Source of the DNA: an uncultured delta proteobacterium
GTDB lineage: Bacteria > Myxococcota > Myxococcia > Myxococcales > Anaeromyxobacteraceae
Length of the DNA stretch: 64,000 nt
Reading direction: 5' to 3'
Assembly: GCA_963831265.1 (NCBI GenBank)
Contig: CAWHPQ010000018.1
Coordinates: 28,486-92,485, forward strand
Part shown: one piece after another, positions 41,997 through 51,231 of the stretch
Position numbering within the stretch: the stretch's first letter is position 1
Layout of the letters: every line of letters starts with the position of its first letter
The notes under the pieces: model-generated
Told to the model about the DNA's origin: nothing
The model's database searches: none
Seen by the model: the letters and a program-made list of their open reading frames with translations, nothing else
Made by a program: the position numbers and the translations under genes

Positions 41997-44786
41997 ATGA
42001 TCGAGCGGGAGAGCGCGTCCGCGCAGCGTCGCGGCGCACGGCAGCATCGCAAGTCGTCGGCGCGGAAGGGCATCACCGTCCCCCGGTATTTCACCACTCC
42101 GGGAGTGGACCCTGCCGAGGAGCTGGCCTGGGAGAGCCGCACCGCGGCCATCACCGCCGAGGGCGGGAAGGTCATCTTCGAGCAGAAGGACGTCGCGGTC
42201 CCGAAGAGCTGGTCCCTGCTCGCCACCAACGTGGTCGCGTCCAAGTACTTCCGGGGCCAGCAGGGCACCCCGCAGCGCGAGACCTCGGTCCGCCAGCTGG
42301 TCGGCCGCGTGGTCCGCACCATCTCCGCCTGGGGGCGCAAGGACGGCTACTTCGCCTCCGAGGCCGACGCCACGGCCTTCGAGGCCGAGCTCGGGCACCT
42401 CGTCTACCGGCAGAAGATGAGCTTCAACTCTCCGGTCTGGTTCAACGTGGGGGTCGAGGAGCACCCGCAGTGCTCGGCGTGCTTCATCAACGCGGTGAGC
42501 GACTCGATGGACTCCATCCTGCGCCTCGCCCACACCGAGGGCATGCTCTTCAAGTACGGGTCGGGCACCGGCTCCAACCTCTCCCGCATCCGCTCCTCCA
42601 AGGAGTACCTGTCCGGCGGCGGCGAGGCCTCCGGCCCGGTCTCCTTCATGCGCGGGTTCGACGCCTTCGCCGGCGTGATCAAGTCGGGGGGCAAGACCCG
42701 CCGCGCCGCCAAGATGGTCATCCTCGACGCCGATCACCCGGACATCGAGGAGTTCGTCGGGAGCAAGGCCACCGAGGAGAAGAAGGCCTGGGCCCTCATC
42801 GAGGCCGGCTACGACGGCGGGTTCAACGTCCGCGGCGGCGCCTATGACTCGGTCTTCTTCCAGAACGCCAACCACTCCGTGCGCGTCTCCGACGCCTTCA
42901 TGCACGCGGTGTCGGACGACGCCGAGTGGCCCCTGCTCGCCCGCACCGATGGCAGGCCGCTCAGCCGGGTCCGGGCCCGGAAGTTGATGCGCCAGATCGC
43001 CGATGCCGCCTGGCTGTGCGGCGACCCGGGGCTCCAGTTCGACACCACGGTGAACGCCTGGCACACCTGCCCGGGGACGGCGCGCATCAACGCCTCCAAC
43101 CCCTGCTCGGAGTACATGTTCCTCGACGACAGCGCCTGCAACCTGGCGTCGCTGAACCTCATGCACTTCCGGTCCATCGACGGTGGCTTCGACGCCGACT
43201 CGTTCCGCCATGCGGTGGACCTCACCATCCTGGCGCAGGAGATCCTGGTCTCCAACTCGCGCTACCCCACCGAGGCCATCGGAAGGAACAGCGAGGACTA
43301 CCGTCCACTCGGGCTCGGCTACGCCAACCTCGGCGCCTTCCTCATGGCCACGGGCGTCCCCTACGACTCGGAGGCCGGGCGGGCCACCGCCGCGGGCATC
43401 ACCGCGGTCATGACCGGCGAGGCCTACGCCCAGAGTGCCCGCATCGCGGCGCACAAGGGGCCCTTCAACGGCTTCGCGCAGAACCGAACGCCCTTCCTGT
43501 CGGTGATGCGCAAGCACGCCGCCGCCGTGGAGGAGATCGACTCGAACCTGGCCGCTCCCGAGCTCGTCGACGCGGCCCGCCGCGCCTGGTCCGACGCGGT
43601 GGTCCTGGGCACGCAGCACGGCTACCGGAACGCGCAGGCCACCGTGCTCGCGCCCACCGGCACCATCGGCTTCATGATGGACTGCGACACCACCGGGATC
43701 GAGCCCGACATCGCGCTCGTGAAGTACAAGAAGCTGGTGGGCGGCGGCATGCTCAAGATCGTGAACAACACGGTCCCGCTGGCGCTGCAGCGCATCGGCT
43801 ACTCCTCCGCCGAGATCGGCTCGATCCTCCAGTTCATCGACGAATCCGAGACCATCGAGGGCGCCCCCGGGCTCCACGACGAGCACCTGCCCGTCTTCGA
43901 CTGCGCGTTCAAGCCGCAGAACGGCAGTCGCACCATCCACTACATGGGGCACATCCGGATGATGTCGGCGGTCCAGCCCTTCCTCTCCGGCGCCATCTCC
44001 AAGACCGTCAACATGCCGTCGAACGCCACGGTCGAGGACATCGAGACGGCCTACCTGGAGGCCTGGAAGCTGGGCCTCAAGGCCATCGCCATCTACCGGG
44101 ACGGCTGCAAGCGCAGCCAGCCGCTCAACACCGGGAAGGCAGCCGAGACACCGGTGGAGGAGATGTCCGCCGAGACGCTGGCGAATCTGCAGAGACGCCG
44201 GCTGCCCGACGAGCGCAACGCCATCACCCACAAGTTCTCCATCGGCGGCCACGAGGGCTACATGACCGTGGGCATGTACGCCGACGGCAGCCCGGGTGAG
44301 CTCTTCGTCACCATGGCCAAGGAGGGCTCGGTGGTCTCGGGGCTCATGGACAGCTTCGCCACGTCCATCTCCATGGCGCTGCAGTACGGGGTCCCGCTCC
44401 GGGTGCTGGTGGACAAGTTCAGCCACACCCGCTTCGAGCCCTCCGGCTTCACCGGGAACCCGGACATCCCCATCGCCAAGTCGATCACCGACTACATCTT
44501 CCGGTGGCTTTCCCTGAAGTTCCTGCCGTCCGAGCTGGGCAGACCGGCGGCGAAGGACATGTCTCCGGGAGCCGCCCCGGCGGCACCGCGCCTCGTGGCG
44601 GCGGCCCAGACCGTCTCGGCCACCTCGGTCACCCCCTCGCCGGTCATCGCCCTGCCGGCCCGGGAGGACTCGCCCTTCCTGGCCCAGGCCGACGCGCCGC
44701 CCTGCCCCAACTGCGGCAGCATCACGGTGCGCAACGGTGCCTGCTACAAGTGCCTGAACTGCGGGACGACGACGGGCTGCAGCTAG
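41997..44786 (+). CDS. nrdJ: Adenosylcobalamin-dependent (class II) ribonucleotide reductase
   Basis: ATG at 41997, 6 nt after GGGAGG. It has class II RNR blocks (SACFI, GSGTGSNLSRIRS, NPCSEYMFLDDSACNLASLNL) and a C-terminal Cys-rich tail. Confidence 0.93.
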   Translation: MIERESASAQRRGARQHRKSSARKGITVPRYFTTPGVDPAEELAWESRTAAITAEGGKVIFEQKDVAVPKSWSLLATNVVASKYFRGQQGTPQRETSVRQLVGRVVRTISAWGRKDGYFASEADATAFEAELGHLVYRQKMSFNSPVWFNVGVEEHPQCSACFINAVSDSMDSILRLAHTEGMLFKYGSGTGSNLSRIRSSKEYLSGGGEASGPVSFMRGFDAFAGVIKSGGKTRRAAKMVILDADHPDIEEFVGSKATEEKKAWALIEAGYDGGFNVRGGAYDSVFFQNANHSVRVSDAFMHAVSDDAEWPLLARTDGRPLSRVRARKLMRQIADAAWLCGDPGLQFDTTVNAWHTCPGTARINASNPCSEYMFLDDSACNLASLNLMHFRSIDGGFDADSFRHAVDLTILAQEILVSNSRYPTEAIGRNSEDYRPLGLGYANLGAFLMATGVPYDSEAGRATAAGITAVMTGEAYAQSARIAAHKGPFNGFAQNRTPFLSVMRKHAAAVEEIDSNLAAPELVDAARRAWSDAVVLGTQHGYRNAQATVLAPTGTIGFMMDCDTTGIEPDIALVKYKKLVGGGMLKIVNNTVPLALQRIGYSSAEIGSILQFIDESETIEGAPGLHDEHLPVFDCAFKPQNGSRTIHYMGHIRMMSAVQPFLSGAISKTVNMPSNATVEDIETAYLEAWKLGLKAIAIYRDGCKRSQPLNTGKAAETPVEEMSAETLANLQRRRLPDERNAITHKFSIGGHEGYMTVGMYADGSPGELFVTMAKEGSVVSGLMDSFATSISMALQYGVPLRVLVDKFSHTRFEPSGFTGNPDIPIAKSITDYIFRWLSLKFLPSELGRPAAKDMSPGAAPAAPRLVAAAQTVSATSVTPSPVIALPAREDSPFLAQADAPPCPNCGSITVRNGACYKCLNCGTTTGCS

Positions 44787-44898
44787 CGGAGGCAGGCAAA
44801 CGGCGTCGCTGCTCGTACTCTCGCCGGCATGGACGAACGCCTGCGTGAGCACGAGCGGCCACGGCTACCTCCGCCGCCGGAGCGACCGTCACACGCTC

Positions 44899-45333
44899 CT
44901 AGTCGTGCCCCTTGTCCTTCTTTTCGTGCTTGTCGGGCTTCCCGTTCCCCTTCCCGGAATTCCCGTGGCCCTCGCCCTTGTAGTGCTTGTACTGGCCGGG
45001 GGGTGATCGGGCGATGAGCACGGGGACGCGGCCGTCGTCGACCCGCGCCCAGTTGCCCCTGTGGTCCCGCGTGCGGTACCAGCTGGCATCCCGGTGCGTC
45101 CAGTAGTACCCGCCGGAATAGAAGACCTCGACGTTCTGGTTCGGGATCACGCTCACTCCCGGCTGCACGACGACGAGCGTGGGCAGGACCACCGGCAGGC
45201 CCAGCGTGATCGTCACCTGCCCGCTCGCCATCTGGACCACGTCTGCCGTCCAGCTGGCGGCGTCTCGCGCCACCGCCGTTCCGGCGCCGAGAACCACGGC
45301 GAGCGCCACGAGTGCTTTCGGTACCTTCGTCAT
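44899..45333 (-). CDS. Secreted hypothetical protein with a His/Lys/Gly-rich tail
   Basis: ATG at 45333 gives the signal peptide MTKVPKALVALAVVLGAGTAVA. It has a Trp/Tyr-rich core (YYWTHRDASWYRTRDHRGNW) and the tail GEGHGNSGKGNGKPDKHEKKDKGHD. Confidence 0.6.
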   Translation of the reverse strand: MTKVPKALVALAVVLGAGTAVARDAASWTADVVQMASGQVTITLGLPVVLPTLVVVQPGVSVIPNQNVEVFYSGGYYWTHRDASWYRTRDHRGNWARVDDGRVPVLIARSPPGQYKHYKGEGHGNSGKGNGKPDKHEKKDKGHD

Positions 45334-45432
45334 GGAGCACATCCTTTCCAGTGGAAAGGGGTGCACTCCTCGCGCCAGTGGCGGTGGACTGGATCTCCTG
45401 GCGATTCGGCGCGGGAACGGCCTGGGCGCGTT

Positions 45433-45458
45433 CGCAATACGTTCGCGAACGCATTGCG
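45433..45458. repeat. 26-bp near-perfect palindrome
   Basis: CGCAATACGTTCGCGAACGCATTGCG is self-complementary except for one position pair. It lies 2 nt after the stop of the cupredoxin-like gene and 100 nt upstream of the next start. Confidence 0.7.
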
Positions 45459-45459
45459 G

Positions 45460-45807
45460 CTACTCGACGATGATCTTCCCGTCCCCCATCGCCATGGCCG
45501 TGCAGTGGAACTTCTCCACCCCGGCCTTGGCGGGCGTGATGGTCACCGCCACCGCCTTGTTCAGCGGCAACTCGAAGCCCTTCACCTTCTCGGCCGGGAT
45601 GTCGATGGCCTTGATGCAGGTCCGGTCGGTGGTGCGCAGGAAGGAGAGCGTCACCGGCTGCCCCTTCTTCACCCTGATCTCCTTCGGCTCGAATCCGTTC
45701 TCGGTGACCTTGATCTCGATCTTCTTCCCCGCGGGTGCGGCGGGGGCCTTGTCGGCGGCGAGGACGGGGAGCGCGACGAGGAGCGTGAGCAGTGCGGCGA
45801 GACGCAT
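45460..45807 (-). CDS. Secreted cupredoxin-like domain protein
   Basis: Signal peptide MRLAALLTLLVALPVLAA, then about 90 aa with the cupredoxin-like pattern (IKVTENGFEP, PVTLSF, FHCTAMAMGDGKIIV). Confidence 0.75.
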   Translation of the reverse strand: MRLAALLTLLVALPVLAADKAPAAPAGKKIEIKVTENGFEPKEIRVKKGQPVTLSFLRTTDRTCIKAIDIPAEKVKGFELPLNKAVAVTITPAKAGVEKFHCTAMAMGDGKIIVE

Positions 45808-45897
45808 TCGGGAATCCTCCAGGGGTTCGAAAGGGTAGACATCATAACCCCATCGGAAATTCCCGCGACTTCAGGCTCCTGGCGCCGGCTGGCACAT

Positions 45898-48800
45898 TCA
45901 GTGGAAGTCCCGGGAGGCCGTCCGCACCTCCTGGAGCGGCTCGAGCGGCAGCAGTTCCCTGACTTGAAGATTCACCACCGCCCCGGTGCGCTCGACCCGG
46001 CCCCGGGCGATGAGGAAGGGGGCGTTGCGCACCAGCGGCCGGAAGCGCTCGTAGACATCGGGCATCACCACCAGGTTGGCGATGCCGGTCTCGTCCTCCA
46101 GGGAGACGAAGGTGATTCCCCTCGCCGTCTCCGGACGCTGCCGCACGATGACGATGCCCCCCACCTCGACCGCCGCCCGGTCGCGCAGGCGGGTGAGCTC
46201 CCGGGCGGTGCGGGCCCCGCGCGCCGCGAGCGCAGCCCGCAGGAAGGAGACCGGGTGGGCCCGTTCGGAGAGGCCGGTGACGGCGTAATCGCGCGCCACC
46301 TCCTCGGCCGCGGCCGGCTCCTCGATGATGGCCCTCGCCTCGGGCGGGAGGCGGCCGGCGAAGAGGTCGGCCTCGTTCCCGGGGGAGAGCCCCAGCGCCG
46401 TCCAGAGGGCGGACCGCCGCCCCGGGGCGAGCGAGCGGAGTGCGGCCGCCTCGGCGAGGCGAGCCAGCCAGGCCCGCGAGAGCCGTGCCCGTCGCGCCAG
46501 GTCCTCCACCGAGACGAAGGGCGCCTCTCCCCGTGCCGCCAGCACCGCCTCTCCCACGGCCCGCGGCAACCCGCGGATGCGGCCGAGGCCGAGCCGCAGC
46601 GCCGGCCGCTCGCCGGGCCCGGCCGGGACCCCCTCCGCCACTCCCTCCAGCGTGCACTGCCATTCGCTGTGAGCCACATCCACGCCGCGCACCTCCACGC
46701 CGTGCCGCTTGGCGTCCTCCACCAGCGTGTGGGGCGCGTAGAACCCCATGGGCTGGCTGTCGAGCAGCGCCGCCACGAAGGCGGCCGGGTGGTGCCGCTT
46801 CACCCATGCCGACGCGTAGACGAGCAGCGCGAAGGACGCGGCGTGCGACTCCGGGAAACCGTAGCCGGCGAACCCGTGGAGCTGCTGCAGGATGGCATCG
46901 GCGTCGGCCGGCGGGATGCCCTTCGCGGCCATGCCGGTCACGAGCCGCCCGCGCATCTCCTCGATGCGCTCGTGGGAGCGCTTGTGGGTCATGGCCCGGC
47001 GCAACTCGTCGGCCTCGCCGGGGGTGTAGCCGGCGGCCACCACCGCGAGCCGCATGGCCTGCTCCTGGAAGAGCGGGATGCCCAGCGTGCGCTCCAGCAC
47101 CGCCCGGAGCGGCTCGTACGGGTAGCGGACCTCCTCCCGGCCGTCGCGGCGGCGCAGGAAGGGGTGGACCATGCCCCCCTGGATGGGACCGGGGCGGATG
47201 ATGGCCACCGAGATGACGAGGTCGTAGAAGCGGCGTGGGCGCAGCCGGGGGAGGAGCGCCATCTGCGCCCGGGACTCGATCTGGAAGACTCCGATGGTAT
47301 CGGCCCGGGAGATCATCTCGTAGACCTCCGGCTCCTCGGCCGGGATGGCGGCGAGCGAGGCTGGCCAGGGATCGGCGGTCGCACCCAGGGGTGCCGGCCG
47401 GTGGCGCTCGAGCAGCGCGAGCGAGCGGGAGAGCGCGGTGAGCATGCCCAGCGCGAGCAGGTCGACCTTGAGGAGTCCGAGTTCGGCGAGGTCGTCCTTG
47501 TCCCACTGGACCACGGTTCGCCCGGCCATGGCGGCGGGCTGGACCGGCACGGTCTCGACGAGCGGACGCTTCGTGATCACGAAGCCGCCCACGTGGATGG
47601 AGAGGTGGCGCGGGAAGCCGGCGATCTCGGCGGAGAGGCACAGCGCGTGGCGCACCGCCGGCGAGCCCTCCGGGTCGAGCCCGGCCTGCTCGAGCACCGC
47701 CACCGGGATCTTGCCGGCCGTGTCGTGGCTGCCGACCAGCTTCGCCAGCCGGTCGACCTGGTCGGGGGCGAGCCCGAGCGCCTTGCCCACGTCGCGGATG
47801 GCCGAGCGGGCCCGGTAGGCGATGACCTCGCAGACCATGCCGGCCCGGTCGCGCCCGTAGCGTCCGTAGACGTACTGGATGACCTCCTCGCGCCGCTCGT
47901 GCTCGAAGTCCACGTCGATGTCGGGCGGCTCGCCCCGCTCCGCGGAGAGGAAGCGCTCGAAGAGCAGCCCCATTCGCACCGGGTCGATCGAGGTGATGCC
48001 GAGCACGAAGCAGATGGCCGAGTTGGCCGCGCTGCCACGCCCCTGGCAGAGGATGCCGCGCTCGCGGGCGAAGCGGACCACGTCCCAGACGGTGAGGAAG
48101 TAGCTCTCGTAGCCGAGCTGCTCGACCAGCGCGAGCTCCCGGGCGAGCTGCCGCTCCACGTCGGCGGGCGGCGGCCCGCCGTAGCGATCGACGGCCCCCT
48201 CCCGCACGAGGCGCCGGAGCAGCCCCATGGCGCCTGCCGCGTCGCCTTCCGCGGCCAGCACCGGCGGGAGCGGGTGCTCGCCGCGGATCTCCTCGAGCCG
48301 GAAGGGGCAGGAGGCAGCGAGGTCGGCGGCGGTCTCGAGCCCCTCCGGGAAGTCGGTCCAGAGCCGGGCCATCTCCTCGGGCCCCTTCATCGTGCGCTCG
48401 GCGTTGGGGAAGAGGCGCCGGCCCACCCGGTCGACGCTCGTCCCCAGCCGGATGCAGGTGAGGACGTCCTGCAGGGGCTGCCGCCGGCGGTCGTGGGTGT
48501 GGACGTCGTTCGTCACGGCCACCGGGATCGAGAGCCTTCGCCCCACGCTGCGCACCGCGGTGATGCGCGTCTCCTCGCCGGCCGACCGGTGGCGCGACAC
48601 CGTGAGCGCGAGCCGCCCGCCGAAGACCTCCCGCAGCCGGGCCGCCACCCCGGCATCGGCGCCGGCGTGGAGCGCGAGGAGGCCGCGGGACCGATCGGCC
48701 ACCGCCAGGAACGGGAGCCTGGGCTCGGGAGGCCGGACCACCGTCCCCTCCGGCGCCTCCCCATCACCGAGCGGCGCGCCCGCGTGGGCCTCGGTGAGGA

Positions 48801-49089
48801 GCCGGCACAGTCCAGCGTACCCCTCGCGGTCCATCGCCAGCAGGGTGAGCCCGGTCGCTCCGGAACCGAGCCCGTCGCAGGAGAGCTCGGCGCCGACGAC
48901 GAGCGGGATCCCCCGCTTGCGGGCCCGGGCGTGGGCCCGCACCACGCCGTAGAGACCGCCGCGATCGGCGAGCGCCAGCGCCTCGAGCCCCAGGTCGGCA
49001 GCGCGGTCCACGAGCTCCTCCGGCTGGCTCGCCCCCGTGAGGAAGGAGAAGCTCGACCGGCAGCGCAGCTCGGCGTAGCGGGGGGACAT
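45898..49089 (-). CDS. dnaE2: Error-prone DNA polymerase III alpha-like subunit DnaE2 (ImuC)
   Basis: 1063 aa: the PHP domain start YAELRCRSSFSFL, the Pol III alpha core and an OB fold. It lies last in an imuA-imuB-dnaE2 arrangement. Confidence 0.93.
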   Translation of the reverse strand: MSPRYAELRCRSSFSFLTGASQPEELVDRAADLGLEALALADRGGLYGVVRAHARARKRGIPLVVGAELSCDGLGSGATGLTLLAMDREGYAGLCRLLTEAHAGAPLGDGEAPEGTVVRPPEPRLPFLAVADRSRGLLALHAGADAGVAARLREVFGGRLALTVSRHRSAGEETRITAVRSVGRRLSIPVAVTNDVHTHDRRRQPLQDVLTCIRLGTSVDRVGRRLFPNAERTMKGPEEMARLWTDFPEGLETAADLAASCPFRLEEIRGEHPLPPVLAAEGDAAGAMGLLRRLVREGAVDRYGGPPPADVERQLARELALVEQLGYESYFLTVWDVVRFARERGILCQGRGSAANSAICFVLGITSIDPVRMGLLFERFLSAERGEPPDIDVDFEHERREEVIQYVYGRYGRDRAGMVCEVIAYRARSAIRDVGKALGLAPDQVDRLAKLVGSHDTAGKIPVAVLEQAGLDPEGSPAVRHALCLSAEIAGFPRHLSIHVGGFVITKRPLVETVPVQPAAMAGRTVVQWDKDDLAELGLLKVDLLALGMLTALSRSLALLERHRPAPLGATADPWPASLAAIPAEEPEVYEMISRADTIGVFQIESRAQMALLPRLRPRRFYDLVISVAIIRPGPIQGGMVHPFLRRRDGREEVRYPYEPLRAVLERTLGIPLFQEQAMRLAVVAAGYTPGEADELRRAMTHKRSHERIEEMRGRLVTGMAAKGIPPADADAILQQLHGFAGYGFPESHAASFALLVYASAWVKRHHPAAFVAALLDSQPMGFYAPHTLVEDAKRHGVEVRGVDVAHSEWQCTLEGVAEGVPAGPGERPALRLGLGRIRGLPRAVGEAVLAARGEAPFVSVEDLARRARLSRAWLARLAEAAALRSLAPGRRSALWTALGLSPGNEADLFAGRLPPEARAIIEEPAAAEEVARDYAVTGLSERAHPVSFLRAALAARGARTARELTRLRDRAAVEVGGIVIVRQRPETARGITFVSLEDETGIANLVVMPDVYERFRPLVRNAPFLIARGRVERTGAVVNLQVRELLPLEPLQEVRTASRDFH

Positions 49090-49095
49090 CGGCCC

Positions 49096-50625
49096 TCAGT
49101 CGAAGAGGCCGTGGAGCCAGAGCCGGCCGTCGCGTCCGTCGCGAAAGATCCAGGCCTCGCCGAGTCCCTCGAGCCGGGCCCGGTAGTAGTCGCGGTCGAA
49201 GGGCTCGTTCCACCACTCGCCAGCCAGCCGCTCGGGGCCGACGAGGGCGAGGACGGCGCGGACCGTGCCCTGGACCCGGAGCGAGGTGAGCCGTCCACCC
49301 TCCCCCAGCGCGACGACCGGGCGCGGGGGATCGAAGAGGCGCGTGGGGCGCCCCGGCTGCGGCTCCGGCTGCGGCTGCGGCTGCGATCCGGCCCCGCCGC
49401 CACGCCCGGCCCCGCCGTGCCGGAACGGGGTCGCCCGGTAGGCCGCCTCCGGCCGATGCCGGTCGGCCGTCTCGGCGGCGAAGAGGGAGCGCTCCCCCAG
49501 CCGGGCGGCGAGGCGCGAGAGGGCCACGTCGAGAGCGCGCGCCACCTCGGGCCGGTCGCCCACGGCGAGCTGCTCGGCCGGGACCTCGGCTGCCTCCACC
49601 ACGGCGAGGTCGAGGGCGCGCACCGGGGCGGGGAGCCGCAGCCCGGCGAGCCGTTCGCGGAGCGGCCCGAGCCAGGCCGCCGCGTCGGCACCCGGCCGCG
49701 AGAGCGGCAGGTCGACCCGCTCCTCGCCGCGCGGGTCGAGCAGCAGCGTGAGCCGCAGCCGGCTCGCCCCCATGCCCCGCCCGACGAGCCGCGCGGCCAC
49801 CCTGTCGGCGAGCCGCTTCGCCGCGAAGAGCACCGGCTCGGCGCTCTCGAGCACGCCCACCTCCCCCTCGAGGTCCCAGTGCTCGCACGGGAAGGTCTCG
49901 GAGACGAAGGGGACGAGGGGACGTGGATCGAGCCCGCGGGCCAGCCGGCTGGCCGCCGCACCCGCCGCGCCGAAGCGGTGGGCCAGCGTCTCCGCCGGGA
50001 GGGCGGCCAGCGCGCCGGCGTCCTCGATCCCCACCGCGGAGAGCCAGCGCGCCATCTCGCTGGGAAGGTCGAGCGCCGCGAGCGGTAGCGGGGCGAGCGC
50101 CCGCGCCCCCTCCCCGGGCCCGGGCGCGACCCTCGTCCGCTCCCGGCCGGCGTGGCGCGCCAGCGCGAGCGCCACCCCCTTGCCGTCGGCCACCGCGAGC
50201 CGTCCCCGGAAACCCATGTCGACGCAGCGTGCGAGCACCCGCCCGGCCAGCGCCCGCTCCGCCTCCTCCGGATCGCTGCCGGACAGGCGGGCGCCGGCGG
50301 CGTCGAGGAGGACCGCGTCGGGAGGCGCCAGCTCGACCACGGGAGCGAGGGCCAGGAGCGCCTCGGCGAGCGCGCGCAGCGCCGCCCGGTCGGCGACGGC
50401 GTCGAGCGGCACGGCCTCGAGATCGGCGCACGCCGCCCGCGCCTGCACGAGCGAGTCGCCCGGCCGGACCCCGGCGGCGAGCGCCCGGGAGGTGGCGTGG
50501 CGCACGATCCCCTCCGACACCACCGCGAGCGCCCCGGCCGGCGCCCGGGCCCGCAGGATCCGCTGCAGCGGCAGGTCCGGGAGGAGGACGGCGAGGGTGC
50601 GCGGCGGTCCCCGTTCAGGCGACAT
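49096..50625 (-). CDS. imuB: Y-family polymerase-like protein ImuB
   Basis: The ATG is codon 133 of track ORF 49096..51021 (MSPERGPPRTLAVLLPDLPLQ). It has UmuC/DinB-like fold organisation and sits between imuA and dnaE2. It overlaps the imuA 3' end by 11 nt. Confidence 0.85.
   Translation of the reverse strand: MSPERGPPRTLAVLLPDLPLQRILRARAPAGALAVVSEGIVRHATSRALAAGVRPGDSLVQARAACADLEAVPLDAVADRAALRALAEALLALAPVVELAPPDAVLLDAAGARLSGSDPEEAERALAGRVLARCVDMGFRGRLAVADGKGVALALARHAGRERTRVAPGPGEGARALAPLPLAALDLPSEMARWLSAVGIEDAGALAALPAETLAHRFGAAGAAASRLARGLDPRPLVPFVSETFPCEHWDLEGEVGVLESAEPVLFAAKRLADRVAARLVGRGMGASRLRLTLLLDPRGEERVDLPLSRPGADAAAWLGPLRERLAGLRLPAPVRALDLAVVEAAEVPAEQLAVGDRPEVARALDVALSRLAARLGERSLFAAETADRHRPEAAYRATPFRHGGAGRGGGAGSQPQPQPEPQPGRPTRLFDPPRPVVALGEGGRLTSLRVQGTVRAVLALVGPERLAGEWWNEPFDRDYYRARLEGLGEAWIFRDGRDGRLWLHGLFD
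49354..49383. repeat. Hexanucleotide tandem repeat (CGGCTG x5, one variant unit) inside imuB
   Basis: Read directly: cggctg cggctc cggctg cggctg cggctg. It encodes QPQPQPEPQP on the minus strand. Confidence 0.85.
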
Positions 50626-51217
50626 GGCCGACCTCCGCGAGACGCATCGCGTCCAGGTCGATCCGGACCGCCGCCGGGATGGCCGGATCGCCTGGGCCGG
50701 AGAGCAGGAGCGCCGCCGCCCCACCCTTCTCGGCCGCCGCCCGCAGCCGGCGCAGGATCGGCTCGGCCCGCGCCGCAGGGACGCCGCGCAGGGGGACGTC
50801 GATGGCCACCGCGGAGAAGGCGCCGCTCCCGAGCAGCACCTCGGCGGCCCAGAGCCCCGGCAGCACCTCCCCCCGCATCGTCCCGGGGCGCACGATGAGG
50901 AGCCGCGCGAGGTCAACGCCCATGGCGAGCGCGGCAGGGGGGTAGAACTCGCCACGACCGTCGACGAAGGCGGCGAGCCCTCCCCCGGCCTGGGCCTGGC
51001 GCAGCGCCGAGAGGGCCACACCGGTCTTGCCGCTGGCCGGACCGCCGCAGAGCGACGACAGGCAGCCGCGGGGAAAGCCTCCCCCGGGGAGGCGCGCCTC
51101 CACCTCGGGGAGCCCGCAGGCGAGCACCCCCTCGCGCTGCGCGGGGCGCCGCTCCATGCGCCGGATCTGGCGGCGGAGCTCCTCGAGGATCTCTTGCTGG
51201 CGGGTGGCGGTGCCCAT
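50615..51217 (-). CDS. imuA: RecA/SulA-like SOS cell-division-inhibitor-type protein ImuA
   Basis: 200 aa with a degenerate RecA-like P-loop (GGPASGKTGVAL). It is the first gene of the imuA-imuB-dnaE2 cassette. Confidence 0.8.
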   Translation of the reverse strand: MGTATRQQEILEELRRQIRRMERRPAQREGVLACGLPEVEARLPGGGFPRGCLSSLCGGPASGKTGVALSALRQAQAGGGLAAFVDGRGEFYPPAALAMGVDLARLLIVRPGTMRGEVLPGLWAAEVLLGSGAFSAVAIDVPLRGVPAARAEPILRRLRAAAEKGGAAALLLSGPGDPAIPAAVRIDLDAMRLAEVGHVA

Positions 51218-51231
51218 GGCTCACGTCCTGA

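Noticed and set aside
41952-44852. 966-aa minus-strand ORF antisense to nrdJ
   Set aside because: It is a shadow ORF of the class II RNR gene with no family motifs. The same judgement applies to 687..2747, 7726..9831, 12982..14409, 27636..29291, 40027..41559, 49748..52447 and similar entries in the track.
49354-49383. Repeat array that might be a CRISPR or minisatellite locus
   Set aside because: It has only five 6-nt units with no spacers, and it is entirely inside the imuB reading frame. It is a coding microsatellite, not a CRISPR array. I saw no other direct-repeat/spacer structure in the window.
45061-50088. 1675-aa plus-strand ORF antisense to dnaE2 and imuB
   Set aside because: It is an antisense shadow of two strongly supported minus-strand genes. 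The translation is low-complexity (Arg/Gly/Pro/Glu/Leu) with no recognisable motif.
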